A DNA stretch of 63,612 nt, counting the filler, from Stramenopiles sp. TOSAG23-6 (taxonomy: Eukaryota), in assembly GCA_900128565.1 (NCBI GenBank). It is 30 parts of 30 records of this genome, joined end to end, with 100 filler letters (N's around TTAATTAATTAA, not from the genome) between each part and the next. Parts side by side here need not be neighbours in the genome. Positions count along the whole stretch, not along the records: positions 23,540 to 25,570 come from LT638366.1; positions 25,671 to 27,700 come from LT638367.1; positions 27,801 to 29,823 come from LT638368.1; positions 29,924 to 31,946 come from LT638369.1; positions 32,047 to 34,066 come from LT638370.1; positions 34,167 to 36,185 come from LT638371.1; 24 more parts are not named here. The stretch is one strand, 5' to 3'. A program made the translations under genes and the position numbers. Shown here one piece after another: positions 24,865 to 36,285 of this stretch (position 1 is the stretch's first letter; each line of letters starts with the position of its first letter). Under the pieces are notes generated by a model that had not been told where the DNA came from, did no database searches, and saw only the letters and a list, made by a program, of their open reading frames with translations.

Positions 24865-25570
24865 TCATGTTGTATCTTCAATTGTCAAGCTAGTGTCTGA
24901 TTGNGCAGATTTTATTATNGTTGAAATCTCTTGCATTAACATATTATTTTTTTCNAATAATCTCTGATGCTGCTTTAAAGCTTCTTTACATTTCTGACAT
25001 TCTTCAGCATTAGTACAATGACTACATGAATTGTCTTTATCTACTTGTGTTGAAGTATTACCTNATGTTGGAGATAAATTTTGGAGTAAAGTGTTGCTTA
25101 CATCTAACAGTTTATTATGATGAGCAAGTGCTTCTTTGCACCTACGACATGCCGCAGGATCAGTACAACTACTACATGGATTACTATTACTCTTTGCACT
25201 ATTACTTCTTCTGACAGCCAATTCTTGTAATAACATGTTACTTTTATCTAACTGATGATCATGTTCAGCTAACGCTTCTTTGCATTTGTGACATTCTTCA
25301 GCAGTAATACAATGACTACACGGGTTTTCATTTTCTTTTGTTGTCGTATTGTTACCTGTTTTAACAACTAATTCTTGCAACAACATGTTATTTTTGTCTA
25401 TTGTTTGTTCATGCTTTTTCAATGCTTCTTTACATTTCCGACATTCTTCAGCATTAGTACAATGATTACATGGATTATTTTCATCTACTTGTGTTGGAGC
25501 ACTGGCTGATTTTGGAGATATCTCATTGAGTAAACGTTTATTTATGCTTAGTAGTTTATTNCGCTTAGCC
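24865..25570 (-). CDS. Protein with repeated CxxC-x5-CxxC plus coiled-coil units; 5' partial
   Basis: Four NPCSHCTNAEECxKCKEAL-like repeats. Confidence 0.65.
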
Positions 25571-25731
25571 NNNNNNNNNNNNNNNNNNNNNNNNNNNNNN
25601 NNNNNNNNNNNNNNTTAATTAATTAANNNNNNNNNNNNNNNNNNNNNNNNNNNNNNNNNNNNNNNNNNNNATACTACTCGAAGTATTTGTGATGAACATG
25701 ACAGTGTAATTTATCTTGTTAGAATAACGAT

Positions 25732-27217
25732 ATGAGTATTTCAATTGCACAGATATTTTCTATTTTTGTGTTTATTGCAATCACAGGTGATGTTTTTGCG
25801 ATAACCTCTCAGTACACAACGTGTACTTCTTGTACTAAACTTGAACAATCTGTGATACAGTTGACAAATAACTTTTATGACGAAGCAATAGGTCAGTTTC
25901 AAGATATTCCCTTTTGGCAAACTGGTCTCGCTCTCGAATCGATTGCAAATGTAATGATGATATCTAACAATACTACTCTTGTTGATAATCTTGCCTTACT
26001 TGTTGAAAATACATACAAAAAGAATAGTGATATGACAGTCTATTCACCAAGTCATCCGGGTCCTGTTGATCGGATGCTTTCAGGCTATTTTGATGACGAA
26101 CTTTGGTGGTTTTTCATATTTGATACATGTATTTTTTTTCTGTATATATTTATTCTATTCACTTGTAATTCAATATAATAAGTTATTATTCACATCTTTC
26201 ACATGTTTTATGGGTTTAGGCTGGTTGAGAATGTACGAAGCTACAAAACAACAGAAATATTTTGAAAGATCAAAAGTTATTTTCAATGATGTTGCGTCTC
26301 GTGCTTGGAATACAACTATATGTAATGGTGGTGTATTATGGAATTTATATTTTACGCCATATAAAAACACAATAACAAATACTTTATTTATGAGATTAGG
26401 AACGAGACTTGCTCTTGGTACACTTAATATTGACGATACAAAAAATAGCTTAAGTAATACAACGACAACGACTACTAATATAACTACTACTGTACAAAAA
26501 TATCAATACATAAATAATGATGTGACGTCATATATTGAATGGGTAGAAAAATCTTGGTCTTGGTTTTCAAAAACAGGTTTGATTAATTCCAGTGGTTTGC
26601 TTAATGATGGATTAAGTCAAAAATGTGTTAATAATAATGGTATTGAATGGACATATAATCAAGGCGTTATTCTTGGAGTTTTATCAGATTTGTTTCTACT
26701 CGTGTTGAACAAACCTGTTATGCAAATTAATGTTTTANNNNNNNNNNNNNNNNNNNNNNNNNNNNNNNNNNNNNNNNNNNNNNNATATGAAAAAGGTATT
26801 TTAAAAGAAAGTTGTGATCCAGATTTCAATCTTAACCCTAACCCTAGTGCTACATCTTCTTGTGATCCAGACCAGATTGTATTTAAAGGAATTTTTATGC
26901 AATATTTGGGTTATTTTCTTAATTTATGTAGAAATAATTTTACTGCTCAAAGTATTGTAGGTCAAGAATTCATGCAAAAATTTCAAGTATTTCTTGAAAA
27001 AAATGTAAATTCAGTCTGGACAACATCTTCATGTTACACTCCATCATCTTCAATGTTGTATGATAAACCAATGGGAGTTGGTCATACTAAAACATTGAAA
27101 TCTGTACCATTATTTGGATCTGTTTGGGTTGGTCCATGTGATCTAGGGGGTTCAACGTCAAATTCTCAAATATCTGCTATTCAATTGTTTTTCTCTCTTG
27201 CAAGTAATGAAAAATAA
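25732..27217 (+). CDS. Secreted glycoside hydrolase family 76 (alpha-1,6-mannanase-like); intron 26109-26211
   Basis: YFDDELWW, CNGGVLW, YKNTITN, WTYNQG and FKGIF motifs. Confidence 0.9.
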
Positions 27218-27403
27218 AAACATTAAAAATCGAACTTATTTTTCTGTCATTTTGATGTACTTATTGTATGGCTCTCACATGATAAATATCTATGTGAATT
27301 GATCAAACGAAATTTTAAATTNNNNNNNNNNNNNNNNNNNNNNNNNNNNNNNNNNNNNNNNNNNNNNNNNNNNNNNNNNNNNNNNNNNNNNNNNNNNNNN
27401 NNN

Positions 27404-27700
27404 ATGTGTTGGGTTTTGAAGAGTAAATGTATCATTTCCAATTTCATCCCATTGACGTTTGATATTTTCAAAATTTTCTTGATAAAATTCTGAACTCATT
27501 ATTTGAAGTTTTGTAGGTTTTGTTTTAAAAACATCAAAAACAGGCTTTAATTCTTTACTCATTTGATACAAACCAAATCGTCCAAACACATATAGACCAT
27601 ACTTTGCACGTGACATTGCAACAATTAATCGACGAACATCTCGGATATGACCGATATTTTTTGTACGTACCAAAGAAAGTAAAACAATATCATTTTTTGG
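27404..27700 (-). CDS. AQR: Aquarius / IBP160 spliceosomal helicase, C-terminal fragment
   Basis: LSLVRTKNIGHIRDVRRLIVAMSRAKYGLYVFGR. Confidence 0.9.
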
Positions 27701-27866
27701 NNNNNNNNNNNNNNNNNNNNNNNNNNNNNNNNNNNNNNNNNNNNTTAATTAATTAANNNNNNNNNNNNNNNNNNNNNNNNNNNNNNNNNNNNNNNNNNNN
27801 TCGTACGAAATTTTGTACCTAACAAATTTTAGTTTTTTTTTTTTGAAATATTTTTTCAAAGTACAT

Positions 27867-29770
27867 TTTTATAAAGTCCATAAAGTTGTGAAAACAAAAT
27901 CAACGAGAGCTTGTATTGAATATTATTACTGTACTTGGAAGATGTCTAGACAATATCAATCCTGGAAAAAACGTGACAAAGCAAGTCGAGCTAAAGTTTT
28001 GGCTGCAACGTATGCTGCTGCAGCTGCCGCAGGAGCTAAAGTAGGTACTCTTGCTGATGGTGCAAAAATGGCAGTTATATTAGAAGTTCATTGTGTTATA
28101 TGTGGTGGTATGCATGACAAGGGTGAATTATTCCGTTGTGATGGAACATGTTCAGCTTCCTTTCACATGAAATGTATGATAGCTACAGGTCTGATTGGTC
28201 CAAGAAATAGCAATCCTGAGTATAATAACTGGAAATGTTTGAACTGTCTTGATAATACACATGTCTGTGAAATCTGTGGAAAATCCGGTTCAACTGAAGA
28301 AAAAGTGAGTAGTTTAACAAGTGAAAATGTCGTTTGTTGTGGACGTTTTGGTTGTGGAAAATTTTATCACGTCCAATGTGTCCGAAAATTCTGCCGTGAA
28401 ACGTCTGGTGGTAAATCATCAAATATAATGCCATCAACACCAGGTAATACTGTAACAGTTTTACCTTCCAATTCAGCTTCTTCGACAAGTGGCATTACAA
28501 TATCAATGACTAACGATGCTGTTAAGTTTATGTACATTTTCAACATTCATTTTTTTACCTAATTTTTTTTTCATACGAAATTTTGTACCTAACGAGTTTT
28601 TTTTTGTATAAATAATTTTTCACACTACATCTGTCCTTTGCATAGATGTGCAACTTGTGGATTAGAGATGGCTCATTGGTCTGCATTTCGTTGTAAGTCT
28701 TGTCCTCGAGGATTTTGTAGTGCAACATGTGTTCCTGGTGAATTATCATCTTTGAAACGAATGAAAGCAAAAGAAGCAGCAGGTAGAATGTATGTTTTAT
28801 TTTTTTTTAATTTTGAATTTATTTTTTTATAGTAAATTTTGTACCTAACGATTTTTTTTTGAAATATTTTTCCAAAATACATTGGTGTTTTGACTCCCCT
28901 TTTGTTAAAAAAGAAGGAAATCAAAAATGATGTTCCATATTTTGTACAATGTGTCCAACATTTACCAAAAGTGAAGAGCTCTACTCGTGGTCGTCCTCGT
29001 GGATCAGTTTCATCAACGAAAAGACGTAAAAGAATTCGTACCCCAACGTCTGACATACTGAATAATGATAAATCTGAATCAGGCAAAGAAAATAAAAGAC
29101 GTCGAAAAATCAATGAAAAATTGAAAAATAAACTCAAATCTCAATTAGATGCTGCATATTTGGATGGCCTTTCGGATTTTCAGAGGTATTGTGTCTGTCG
29201 AGGTCCTGGCGATGGTACATATATGGTTGGTTGTGATAAATGCGGTCGTTGGTTTCATGGAGCTTGTATGGGAGTTTCTGCATCTGATTTCGAAGGTGAT
29301 GATAATGCTGTCTTCCTCTGCAGGAAATGTGGACCGGGTAACTTTCCTTGTGTTGTGAAAATGGCTATGGTCACTGAAGATGGAAATGTTGCTTCAAAAA
29401 AAACCATATTAAAAGCTAAAAATCTTATTCAAAACTCAAAGTCCTCCCCTTTACCCAAAGAAAAGAAGAGTACTCCAAAGAAGAAGATTGAAGTGTATAC
29501 TCATGAAATTGCTTGTTGTGAAGCATCATACGCAGGTCATTGGACAGGAAAATGGGAGTTATGTATGTTTTATTTTTTTTTTTAACAAAAAAATCGATTT
29601 TTTTCATACGAAATTTTGTACCTAACATTTTTTTTTAGATTGTTTTTGAAATATTTTTTCAAAATACATGTCGTGTTGTTCGTGAAAGGCCTTTGATGAA
29701 TGGTGATGGCGATGTTATTGGTAAAACATATAATGTCGTGTGTGCATCAGATAATGTAAAAGTATTGGGT
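27867..29770 (+). CDS. SANT-like plus multi-PHD-finger chromatin protein; exons 27867-28531, 28631-28789, 28883-29562, 29670-29770
   Basis: VKTKSTRACIEYYY, NSD-type PHDs (CGKFYH, FICPLHRC) and YCVCR...MVGCDKCGRWFHGAC; the frame is continuous after GT-AT splicing. Confidence 0.85.
28532..28630 (+). mobile_element. Family intron GTACAT...CTACAT (99 nt)
   Basis: Core motif; removal restores KFICPLHRC. Confidence 0.85.
28790..28882 (+). mobile_element. Family intron GTATGT...ATACAT (93 nt)
   Basis: Core motif; removal gives AGRIGVLTP; no AG between the branch motif and the acceptor. Confidence 0.85.
29563..29669 (+). mobile_element. Family intron GTATGT...ATACAT (107 nt)
   Basis: Removal gives WELCRVVRE; the internal TAG at 29638 is out of frame. 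Confidence 0.85.
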
Positions 29771-29939
29771 GTATGTTTTATATGAATTTCTAATTTAATT
29801 TTTTTTTCATACGAAATTTCGTANNNNNNNNNNNNNNNNNNNNNNNNNNNNNNNNNNNNNNNNNNNNTTAATTAATTAANNNNNNNNNNNNNNNNNNNNN
29901 NNNNNNNNNNNNNNNNNNNNNNNAAAAAAAAAAAAAAAC

Positions 29940-29976
<37 letters not shown>

Positions 29977-29982
29977 ACATAC

Positions 29983-30885
29983 ACTACGTTAAATATAATG
30001 CAAAATCCAACCCAAAAATCCCATGTTTTTTTCCAGATATTTTGAGGATTCACTGTAAAGGTACCAATCCAGTGACCTGCTTTTCGTATTGAACGCGGAT
30101 CAAATGCCGTTTTAATCAGCGTGCTTTCATTTACTTTTGGAAAATAAAAAAATTTAAAAATTTGTTAGGTACAGAATTTCGTACAAAAAAATTTTAAAAA
30201 AAAAATAAAAATTTAATTAGGGTTAGGGTTTACATTGTACGAGTTAGGGTTAGGAAAACATACATATAATTCCTGTAATGTATCTGTGTCGGTTTTGCCT
30301 ATGATGTGAAGAAAAATTTGAAAAAAAAACTAAAATTTGTTAGGTACAAAATTTCATAGTTAAAAAAAAACGGTTTGATTTTTTAAATTTTTTAAATTTT
30401 TTTTCATTAGGTACAACATTTCGTACGAAAAAAAAAAAAAAAAAAAAAAAAAAACATAACATACCTCTAAGTGATGATAATGCTAAAACCGTTGTACTCC
30501 TCGTGAGACGTTTTGTAGTATTTCGTGTATTTTCTACACCATCTAGAAGTAAAGATGATGTTTTCTTAACAACGTTTTTTGTAGTATTTCGTGTATTTTC
30601 TACACCATCTATAATTAACGATGATGTTTTTTGAGCCATATTTTTTGTAGTATTTCGTGTTTTTTGAGCCATATTTTTTGTAGTTGTACTGACTTCATTT
30701 ACACCATCTATAATTTTGGATAAAATATTTTGCGATGTTTTTTTTGTTTTTGTATTGAATTCAGTTTTTTGTTGTTTACTTTCAATTCTTTCATTCCTGG
30801 AGAGTGTTTGCATATATTGTGAAAAAATATTTCAAAAAAAAAAATTTAAAAATTTGTTAGGTACAAAATTTACAATGAAAAAATT

Positions 30886-30923
<38 letters not shown>

Positions 30924-31208
30924 GTTAGGCACAAAATTGCGTACGAAATTTTTTTTTTTTTTTTTAAATAAAACATACTTTGATTCGTTTTTGGTATTAT
31001 TCTGAATATTTTGGATTGTATGAGGAGATGCATTAGGGTTAGGGTTAGGCTGTAGATGATTAAAACTATTAAGAGGTATAGTTTCATCAACAATATTTTC
31101 ATGTGTAATCGTATGAGTATCATTTTCAATATCAACAACGGACATGACGTCGTTATTTGTTATTTTTGCTTCAATTGTTTCATTATGAATATTTTGACTC
31201 ATTTCCAA
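29983..31208 (-). CDS. Ion-channel-like protein N-terminus (CNG/EAG-type S1 entry); exons 31208-30979, 30811-30465, 30298-30264, 30128-29983
   Basis: The spliced frame reaches FTVNPQNIWKKTWDFWVGFCIIFNVV. Confidence 0.6.
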
Positions 31209-32046
31209 TATTGTTGTTTATGTTGTTTATGTTGTTTATGTTGTTTATGTTTGTATGTCTCTCTCTCTCTCTCTTTCTATATATATATGGTAAACTTTGT
31301 TTTGTATATAAGAGTAAAAGTAAAAATATGTTGTGGTTTTCTTTGAAAGACTCAAAACAAAAGTCAATTTTACTTTTTTTTTTTTTTTTCTCTTCTCTTG
31401 AAATCCTTTTTTGATATCTTTGTTTTTTTATAAAAGTTCAAATGAATACATTTAAAAACAGAACAATACTGAAACACGTATAGGATAGTATTGTTTTAAC
31501 TGGACACAAATGGATAATAGAGAATGATACGTGCGATATTGTAGACAATACTATATACTATAAACAATTTCATACACGAAAGTATTAAAAAAAAAAAGTG
31601 TAGGGCCGAAAAAAAGTGTAACTGCCAAAAGAATTTGAAAAATTCTCCGATGTTTGCCGAAAACATCACAAATTTGAAATTCCGAATACAAAAAATCTCG
31701 AAAAAAAAAATCGCACTTCTTTTCAATCAACACAAATAAAAACTGTACAGTACAATTTATTTATTTTATGTCATTCATTCGTAAACAAAGTATTGGCTAC
31801 GTATTTGTTGCGATAGTGTGTATATAAACAACGTTGATTGAAGTATTTATTATCCTTTCTCTATTGATAGTCATTCATCAACAAAAAAACCAAAAAATAC
31901 AATAATGGGTTTATGTTCTAGTACAAGTCATAGTCATAAAAAAAGCNNNNNNNNNNNNNNNNNNNNNNNNNNNNNNNNNNNNNNNNNNNNTTAATTAATT
32001 AANNNNNNNNNNNNNNNNNNNNNNNNNNNNNNNNNNNNNNNNNNNN

Positions 32047-32983
32047 AAACCTTTTTTTGAAATGAAAATTCCTGAATTTCAAATGGGAAAACCAAAAAAA
32101 ATTTTTTTTTTTTTTTTTTTTTAACAAAAAATTTTTTTTTTTTTTTTTTGAAAATTTTGTACCTAACAAAAAATTTAAAATTTTTTTTTTTAAATATTTT
32201 TTCACAATACATTAAAAAAGAACAAAACAAAAAATTGAAATGTAATGTTACGCTAGGGTTTGATACATTTAAGTACGAAACAGATTCACAAAGAGCATGT
32301 AGGTTTTATTTTATTTTATTTTTTTTAAATTTAAATTTGAAATTGAATTTTTTTTTTTTGGTTTCATACGAAATTTTGTACCTAACGATTTTTTTTAGAT
32401 TTTTTTGAAATATTTTTCTAAAATAAATTCATTCCAAGAAAACAAGATCGAAATTTTGCACAAGAACGCGCCACAAATGTACGTAACCCTAACCCTAATT
32501 GTACTCCTTTTTCATGAAATCATTGAAATGTTGGAAAAAAAAAAAATTAACAAAAAAAAAAAATTTTACAATATTTTCTACAAAAAATGCTGCACGAAAA
32601 AAAGAATTACAAAAAACAAATTTTTCTCTAGGTTCTGTCAGTACGGATTATTTTCGTAGTAGTGATTTATGGAAACCAGACTATGAGGGTGCCGGGTATC
32701 CAAAACCATCTGACTTACGCAATGACTCCTTTGATTCCACGGCATGTACGTTTTATTTTTTTAATTTCGAATTTATTTTTTTATAGGAAATTTTGTACCT
32801 AACGATTTTTTTTTTTTTTCAATTTCTATTTTTTTTTTCGTACGAAATTTTGTACCTAACGATTTTGTTTTTAAAATAATTTTTTAAAATACATTACGTA
32901 AAGTAAACTATACACTTGGTGTTGATAGGAATGATTGGCTTACAGATGCAATGTATGTTTTATTATTTTTCATTTTTTTTTAC

Positions 32984-33016
<33 letters not shown>

Positions 33017-33096
33017 CGTACGAAATTTTTTACCTAACGATTTTTTTTTCAAAAAATTTTTTGAAAAAAAAATCGTTAGGTAAAAAATTTCGTACG

Positions 33097-33129
<33 letters not shown>

Positions 33130-34066
33130 GTAAAAAAAAATGAAAAATAATAAAACATACATTGCATCTGTAAGCCAATCATTCCTATCAACACCAAGTG
33201 TATAGTTTACTTTACGTAATGTATTTTAAAAAATTATTTTAAAAACAAAATCGTTAGGTACAAAATTTCGTACGAAAAAAAAAATAGAAATTGAAAAAAA
33301 AAAAAAATCGTTAGGTACAAAATTTCCTATAAAAAAATAAATTCGAAATTAAAAAAATAAAACGTACATGCCGTGGAATCAAAGGAGTCATTGCGTAAGT
33401 CAGATGGTTTTGGATACCCGGCACCCTCATAGTCTGGTTTCCATAAATCACTACTACGAAAATAATCCGTACTGACAGAACCTAGAGAAAAATTTGTTTT
33501 TTGTAATTCTTTTTTTCGTGCAGCATTTTTTGTAGAAAATATTGTAAAATTTTTTTTTTTTGTTAATTTTTTTTTTTTCCAACATTTCAATGATTTCATG
33601 AAAAAGGAGTACAATTAGGGTTAGGGTTACGTACATTTGTGGCGCGTTCTTGTGCAAAATTTCGATCTTGTTTTCTTGGAATGAATTTATTTTAGAAAAA
33701 TATTTCAAAAAAATCTAAAAAAAATCGTTAGGTACAAAATTTCGTATGAAACCAAAAAAAAAAAATTCAATTTCAAATTTAAATTTAAAAAAAATAAAAT
33801 AAAATAAAACCTACATGCTCTTTGTGAATCTGTTTCGTACTTAAATGTATCAAACCCTAGCGTAACATTACATTTCAATTTTTTGTTTTGTTCTTTTTTA
33901 ATGTATTGTGAAAAAATATTTAAAAAAAAAAATTTTAAATTTTTTGTTAGGTACAAAATTTTCAAAAAAAAAAAAAAAAAATTTTTTGTTAAAAAAAAAA
34001 AAAAAAAAAAATTTTTTTTGGTTTTCCCATTTGAAATTCAGGAATTTTCATTTCAAAAAAAGGTTT
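32047..34066. repeat. Whole contig is a perfect inverted repeat centred at 33056/33057
   Basis: Mirror-image ORFs; arms of 1010 bp with no spacer. Confidence 0.95.
32213..32952 (+). CDS. Repeat protein, possibly a microtubule-inner/SAXO-like protein; exons 32213-32298, 32429-32478, 32589-32745, 32895-32952 (mirrored on the - strand)
   Basis: The spliced product repeats LKCNVTLG, LQKTNFSLG and LRKVNYTLG, each followed by an aromatic residue. Confidence 0.55.
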
Positions 34067-34166
34067 NNNNNNNNNNNNNNNNNNNNNNNNNNNNNNNNNN
34101 NNNNNNNNNNTTAATTAATTAANNNNNNNNNNNNNNNNNNNNNNNNNNNNNNNNNNNNNNNNNNNN

Positions 34167-34952
34167 AAGGTGATCTTGTAATAAATAATAGCGACCGAGG
34201 TTCTCGAAGATCAGCACCTTTGGTTCAGTGTTTTACTTCCCACCCTGGTGAAATGAATTTTCAGCCTGCAGAATCTTTTGATCTTGTAAACGGTGCATTA
34301 AACAGGGCAAAGCTTAATTTTACACCCCTCGTCATTGGAGAGCGCCGTGTTATTGTACATGTTGTCGACATCGAACAAAAACGTTTAATTGGCGCCTGGN
34401 NNNNNNNNNNNNNNNNNNNNNNNNNNNNNNNNNNNNNNNNNNNNNNNNNNNNNNNNNNNNNNNNNNNNNNNNNNNNNNNNNNNNNNNNNNNNNNNNNNNN
34501 NNNNNNNNNNNNNNNNNNNNNNNNNNNNNNNNNNNNNNNNNNNNNNNNNNNNNNNNNNNNNNNNNNNNNNNNNNNNNNNNNNNNAAGGTGATCTTGTAAT
34601 AAATAATAGCGACCGAGGTTCTCGAAGATCAGCACCTTTGGTTCAGTGTTTTACTTCCCACCCTGGTGAAATGAATTTTCAGCCTGCAGAATCTTTTGAT
34701 CTTGTAAACGGTGCATTAAACAGGGCAAAGCTTAATTTTACACCCCTCGTCATTGGAGAGCGCCGTGTTATTGTACATGTTGTCGACATCGAACAAAAAC
34801 GTTTAATTGGCGCCTGGAAAGCTCGAGGATTTATTAGATTATGGTTCGCAGCATTAGATCGACCGGGAACTTCAGTAATGTATCTCTTCATTAATGATGC
34901 TCGAGGACAAAATGAAGAATGTATAATGATACGAGCAACTGCTTCTACTTAA
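34167..34952 (+). CDS. NPHP4: Nephrocystin-4-like C-terminus (locally misassembled)
   Basis: CFTSHP, VHVVDIEQKRLIGAW and YLFINDARGQNEEC. Confidence 0.65.
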
Positions 34953-35049
34953 TACTTTTTGAGAAAAATAAAATATATCAATAATCTAAAAAATAATGAA
35001 AATGATTTTTATTAAACAATATTACACCTGATTTAAAATGTACAAATAC

Positions 35050-35457
35050 TCAACTTCCCATTGGCAGAATAAGCTCAGTGCCTTCCTTCAAACGAGCATT
35101 TTTTGTAAAAAATTTAATATATCTAGTTTTATTCAGAGCAATAAATGCACTAAGATCGACACCTTCTTGTACTGCAATTTCTTTTGGGGTTTGATTATTT
35201 CTTGCAATAACTTTTCGATGTCTGTTCCACTCGTCAAGTTTTCGTTTCTCTTCAATCGCCTCTTTCAATACACGCGCCGCTTTTAATCTCTTCTTCTCTG
35301 CTTTCTCATCCAACAAACGCTGTGCTTTTGCAGAGATTTTCTTAATTTTTTTTACAAGTTTTCGTTTCTTTTTGACACTTTTACATTTTTTAATCGGCTT
35401 ATATTTACGTTTCTTTTGCTTACGAGGGATAATGATATTATCTTTATATACTTTCAT
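35050..35457 (-). CDS. Basic region plus C-terminal LysM-like domain; possibly the last exon of the upstream PHD gene
   Basis: ARNNQTPKEIAVQEGVDLSAFIALN...LKEGTELILP. Confidence 0.6.
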   Translation of the reverse strand: MKVYKDNIIIPRKQKKRKYKPIKKCKSVKKKRKLVKKIKKISAKAQRLLDEKAEKKRLKAARVLKEAIEEKRKLDEWNRHRKVIARNNQTPKEIAVQEGVDLSAFIALNKTRYIKFFTKNARLKEGTELILPMGS

Positions 35458-36185
35458 TACCGCAGATAGTCATCAGACTCAGGATTATTATTTACACCGT
35501 TTGTCAATATATTTGCCCACGATGAAAGTGATCCTAACTCAGACACCGGTGTACCTGAATTTGCGCGCCATACATCATCAGCAGCATTGGCAGCAGATAT
35601 TGCTACAACAGCAGCATTGGCAGCAGCAACAGGCGGCGGAGGAGGTTCATCACCAGGCCAATAAATACCTTTCGGCATTTTCAGAGTATATGGTATATTC
35701 TTTTTGGCACAGCAAGGTTTACATCGAAATTCCAAAGTTCCATTTTCAAAAGATTTTTGTAATTTACTTGAAATACCAACGCAACTACCATGATACCAAA
35801 CTCCACAATCTTCACACCCTGCCATAAAACGTCCATCATCAGGACCTTGGCATAGACAATACACAACGCATCCATCATTTGTAGCCATCGGTTTCCCTGA
35901 GCGAAGGGCAGTAAATATATGTTCGTGATCATTATCGTCAACTTCAACACACAAATTCAACGCACGAGATAATAGACTTTTAGTGAGTATTATCCCTGCA
36001 TCAGTATTCCAATCTTCTAAAGGACGAAGAATTGCTTTTTCAGCTTCTGATTCCCATAACAAAGCTTCTGCTTGAGCCCCACGTAAAGCATCATACAATT
36101 TTGGTATTTTATGTCGGTATTTTCTACCTTCATCCAAAGTATCTATTAAAGAATTCATATTTGGACGGAAGGGAGCAACTCGTAG
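35457..36185 (-). CDS. PHD-finger protein; 5' partial
   Basis: YCLCQGPDDGRFMAGCEDCGVWYHGSCV...FRCKPC. Confidence 0.85.
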   Translation of the reverse strand, partial: LRVAPFRPNMNSLIDTLDEGRKYRHKIPKLYDALRGAQAEALLWESEAEKAILRPLEDWNTDAGIILTKSLLSRALNLCVEVDDNDHEHIFTALRSGKPMATNDGCVVYCLCQGPDDGRFMAGCEDCGVWYHGSCVGISSKLQKSFENGTLEFRCKPCCAKKNIPYTLKMPKGIYWPGDEPPPPPVAAANAAVVAISAANAADDVWRANSGTPVSELGSLSSWANILTNGVNNNPESDDYLR

Positions 36186-36285
36186 NNNNNNNNNNNNNNN
36201 NNNNNNNNNNNNNNNNNNNNNNNNNNNNNTTAATTAATTAANNNNNNNNNNNNNNNNNNNNNNNNNNNNNNNNNNNNNNNNNNNN

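Noticed and set aside
27404-27700. Aquarius fragment as an explanation for, or neighbour of, the odd introns
   Set aside because: The visible part is conventional and contig order is arbitrary. It only shows that a spliceosome component is present.
28530-28628. Introns as U12-type AT-AC introns
   Set aside because: There is no RTATCCTT donor, the branch-to-acceptor distance (33-49 nt) is long for U12, and the AT-AC register fails at many copies (ends TC, AA, AT; starts AA, AC, TT). It fits only the K+ channel pore intron better.
32047-34066. 2-kb perfect palindrome as a biological hairpin or linear-element end
   Set aside because: The arms are identical with no spacer, span the whole contig and fold back inside a repeat intron. 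This is typical of an amplification or assembly artefact.
31884-34122. Many short F/K-rich ORFs (MYLTNF, LGTKF, VRYKI peptides) as a protein family
   Set aside because: They are translations of the intron element and its homopolymers.
34167-34819. Tandem duplication in the NPHP4-like gene
   Set aside because: The identical 233-bp copies flank an N gap, consistent with a scaffolding artefact.
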